A program made the position numbers and the translations under genes. Below, piece by piece: positions 21,128-23,145 of a stretch of DNA of 23,145 nt. Under the pieces are notes generated by a model. The model saw only the letters and a list, made by a program, of their open reading frames with translations. It was not told the DNA's origin and made no database searches. The stretch is from Octopus sinensis (Eukaryota). The stretch lies in NCBI RefSeq assembly GCF_006345805.1, contig NW_021836661.1:1-23145 (forward strand), written 5' to 3'. The first letter of the stretch is position 1. Each line of letters starts with the position of its first letter.

Positions 21128-21282
21128 GTGGTAAGTAGCTTGTTTACCAACCGCATGATTCCGGGCTCAGTCTCACTGCGTGGCACCTTGGGCAAGTGTC
21201 TTCTACTATAGCCTTCGGCCGACCAAAGCCTTGGAGTGGATTTGGTAGACGGAAACTGAAAAGAAGCCCGTCGTATATATGT

Positions 21283-21329
<47 letters not shown>

Positions 21330-21559
21330 ATATATATATATATAATATATATATATATGCGTGTCTGTGTTTGTCCCCCTAGCATTGCTTGACAACCGAT
21401 GCTGGTGTGTTTATGTCACCGTTACTTAGCGGTTCGGCAAAAGAAACCGGTAGAATAAGTACTGGGCTTACAAAAGAATGAGTCCCGCGGTCGAGTTGCT
21501 CGATTAAAGGCGATGTTCCAGCATGGCCGCAGTCAAATGGCTGAAGCAAGTAAAGAGTA
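21128..21559 (+). mobile_element. near full-length family-B SINE (first ~10 nt missing)
   Basis: gtggtaagtagc...accttgggcaagtgtcttctactatagcc...(TA)n...ccagcatggccgcagtcaaatggctgaagcaagtaaagagta. Confidence 0.94.
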
Positions 21560-21569
21560 TTTGTTGTTA

Positions 21570-21725
21570 TAGTTGCTGCTGTTGCTTTGTTTGTTTGTTT
21601 GTTTGTTGAGCGAAGCGGTCTTCGTCCCAGTGGGAGAAGTCCGAAACGTGGTCCTTTGCTATTCGTAAGATCTGCAGAAGAGAAAACAGGTCAACCCCCC
21701 CGACACCGGGAGAATCGACGGATGG
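21570..21725 (-). mobile_element. probable retroposon 3' end with an (AAAC)n/(CAG/CAA)n tail
   Basis: A GC-richer island ends on the minus strand in cgcttcgctcaacaaacaaacaaacaaacaaagcaacagcagcaac. Family not identified. Confidence 0.35.
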
Positions 21726-21739
21726 ATGAATGCACATGT

Positions 21740-21792
21740 TACTGAGACGAGAAGGATGCTGTTGAGAAGCCAACTTCTTATCGCACAGCCAC
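21740..21792 (-). mobile_element. degenerate tRNA-like head of a family-B-type SINE
   Basis: The minus strand gtggctgtgcgataagaagttggcttctcaac resembles gtggctgtgtggtaagtagcttgcttaccaac. Confidence 0.5.
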
Positions 21793-22188
21793 GAGGTATT
21801 TTACAAAATGACCTCAACTAGATTTAGGTTGCTATTTCTAGGAATTCGAGAAACCACGGGGAGGTACTTATCCGAACGCTATGTCGTTTTACAGTGGTAT
21901 GCTAGCAGTCAATAACCTTCCATTTTGGCAAGCAATAGAGAAATCCATTGGCCATAGGTAGCGTCTTCGTGATAGGCACATAAAAAGACCAAGGACGGCA
22001 ATATTTACTTTAATAGCCGGAATATAGCCAGGATTAGCTGCAATTCTATAGAGAAGCAATGAGGTACTTAGGATTGTGTTAAGGCAATAATTCATGGGAC
22101 ATTTATTCAATATAAATACACGGTGACGGTTAATCACACGTATATTTTTTTTTCATCTTTCCAACCGAGAGAAGATTTTGCAAATGCA

Positions 22189-22415
22189 GTTACCATTGTA
22201 AACATGGTTCAACTGACATCATTGTTGCCACAGCGCTCTGTGATTATAAACGTATTTATATAGTGATTAAGTGAAACCTTTTAACAGTGGAAATCCACAT
22301 CTAATGTTTGTTCTAATCCAGCCTGGTCCTGTAAACATGGCGGCTAACAGCATTTTACTATTTGTATAATGCATATGTCAGCAGCAATGTGCATTGGAAT
22401 ATAGTCCGCCATTTT
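22189..22415. promoter_or_regulatory. putative regulatory motif cluster (two opposed YY1-like ATGGCGG sites, two TGTAAACA forkhead-like sites)
   Basis: aaacatggcggc at 22333-22344 (+) and aaaatggcgg at 22406-22415 (-). tgtaaacatgg occurs twice (~22197 and ~22330). Motif matches only. Confidence 0.25.
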
Positions 22416-22507
22416 CAGATGTGTTTTCTGCTTTTGTTCGAAGAATAAAAGTGCAAGCAATACATTGATGTAAATACGATATACTTGTTTGGGTATTTGT
22501 GAAAGGA

Positions 22508-22714
22508 GTATATATATATATATATAATATATATATATATGTATGTGTGTGTGTGTGGGTGTGTGTGTGTGCGTGTGTTGTGTGTGAGTGTGTGTGTGTG
22601 TGTTGTATATATACATACACATACCTTATCAGTCTCTTTATATAAATATATGTATATGTATATTATACATATATATATATATATATATATGTATAATATA
22701 TATATATATATGTA

Positions 22715-22759
<45 letters not shown>

Positions 22760-22845
22760 GTGTATATATAATGGATATAATATACATATAATATATTGTA
22801 TATAAAATATACATATATATATATATATATATTTTATATAATATA

Positions 22846-22876
<31 letters not shown>

Positions 22877-22880
22877 GCAT
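22508..22880. repeat. (TA)n/(TG)n microsatellite complex
   Basis: Seen directly. Confidence 0.95.
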
Positions 22881-23145
22881 CTAAATGTGTGTGAATATGT
22901 ATGTGCTTGTACGCGCGTCTGTGCCTGTGAATGCACATGTGTGTGCTTTAGTGTATATCCGCTATGTGTGTAAGAAGGGACGTTAGTGTGTGAGAGTATT
23001 TCTGCGAGATTGTCCGCATTGGATAAATGGGCTTCGTTAATGCATGCCTGTTTAACATTTTACTCGTAAAATCTATTAGCTGATAGTTACTGAATCGCAT
23101 CAAACAAGCACAAACTTGTAATGGAATATGTGTTTATATAGAAAT

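Noticed and set aside
21606-21650. Hairpin followed by gaaacgu, resembling a hammerhead 3' half
   Set aside because: No CUGANGA at the correct spacing and G at the cleavage position.

Overview
AT-rich, microsatellite-dense animal non-coding DNA, probably intronic or intergenic. The repeat families match my recollection of Octopus (cephalopod) repeats, which is an inference and was not database-checked. I recognise no intact host gene, tRNA, rRNA or CRISPR array, and most ORF-track entries are microsatellite translations. The window is a transposon graveyard. It holds two tRNA-derived SINE families (called A and B here; about 14 loci), a dead mariner fragment, two or three RTE-clade LINE fragments, R4/Dong-like LINE fragments and two Penelope-like relics with hammerhead-shaped cores. 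Three structures stand out. (1) At 7.9-10.0 kb, five same-strand retroelement pieces are stacked in one (ATT)n microsatellite. (2) At 15.5-16.5 kb, a single-headed SINE has its ~182-bp body repeated just over five times, with a junction that recurs at a second locus. (3) At 13.3-14.1 kb, a TSD-flanked RTE insertion with a chimeric 5' end splits a local tandem repeat.
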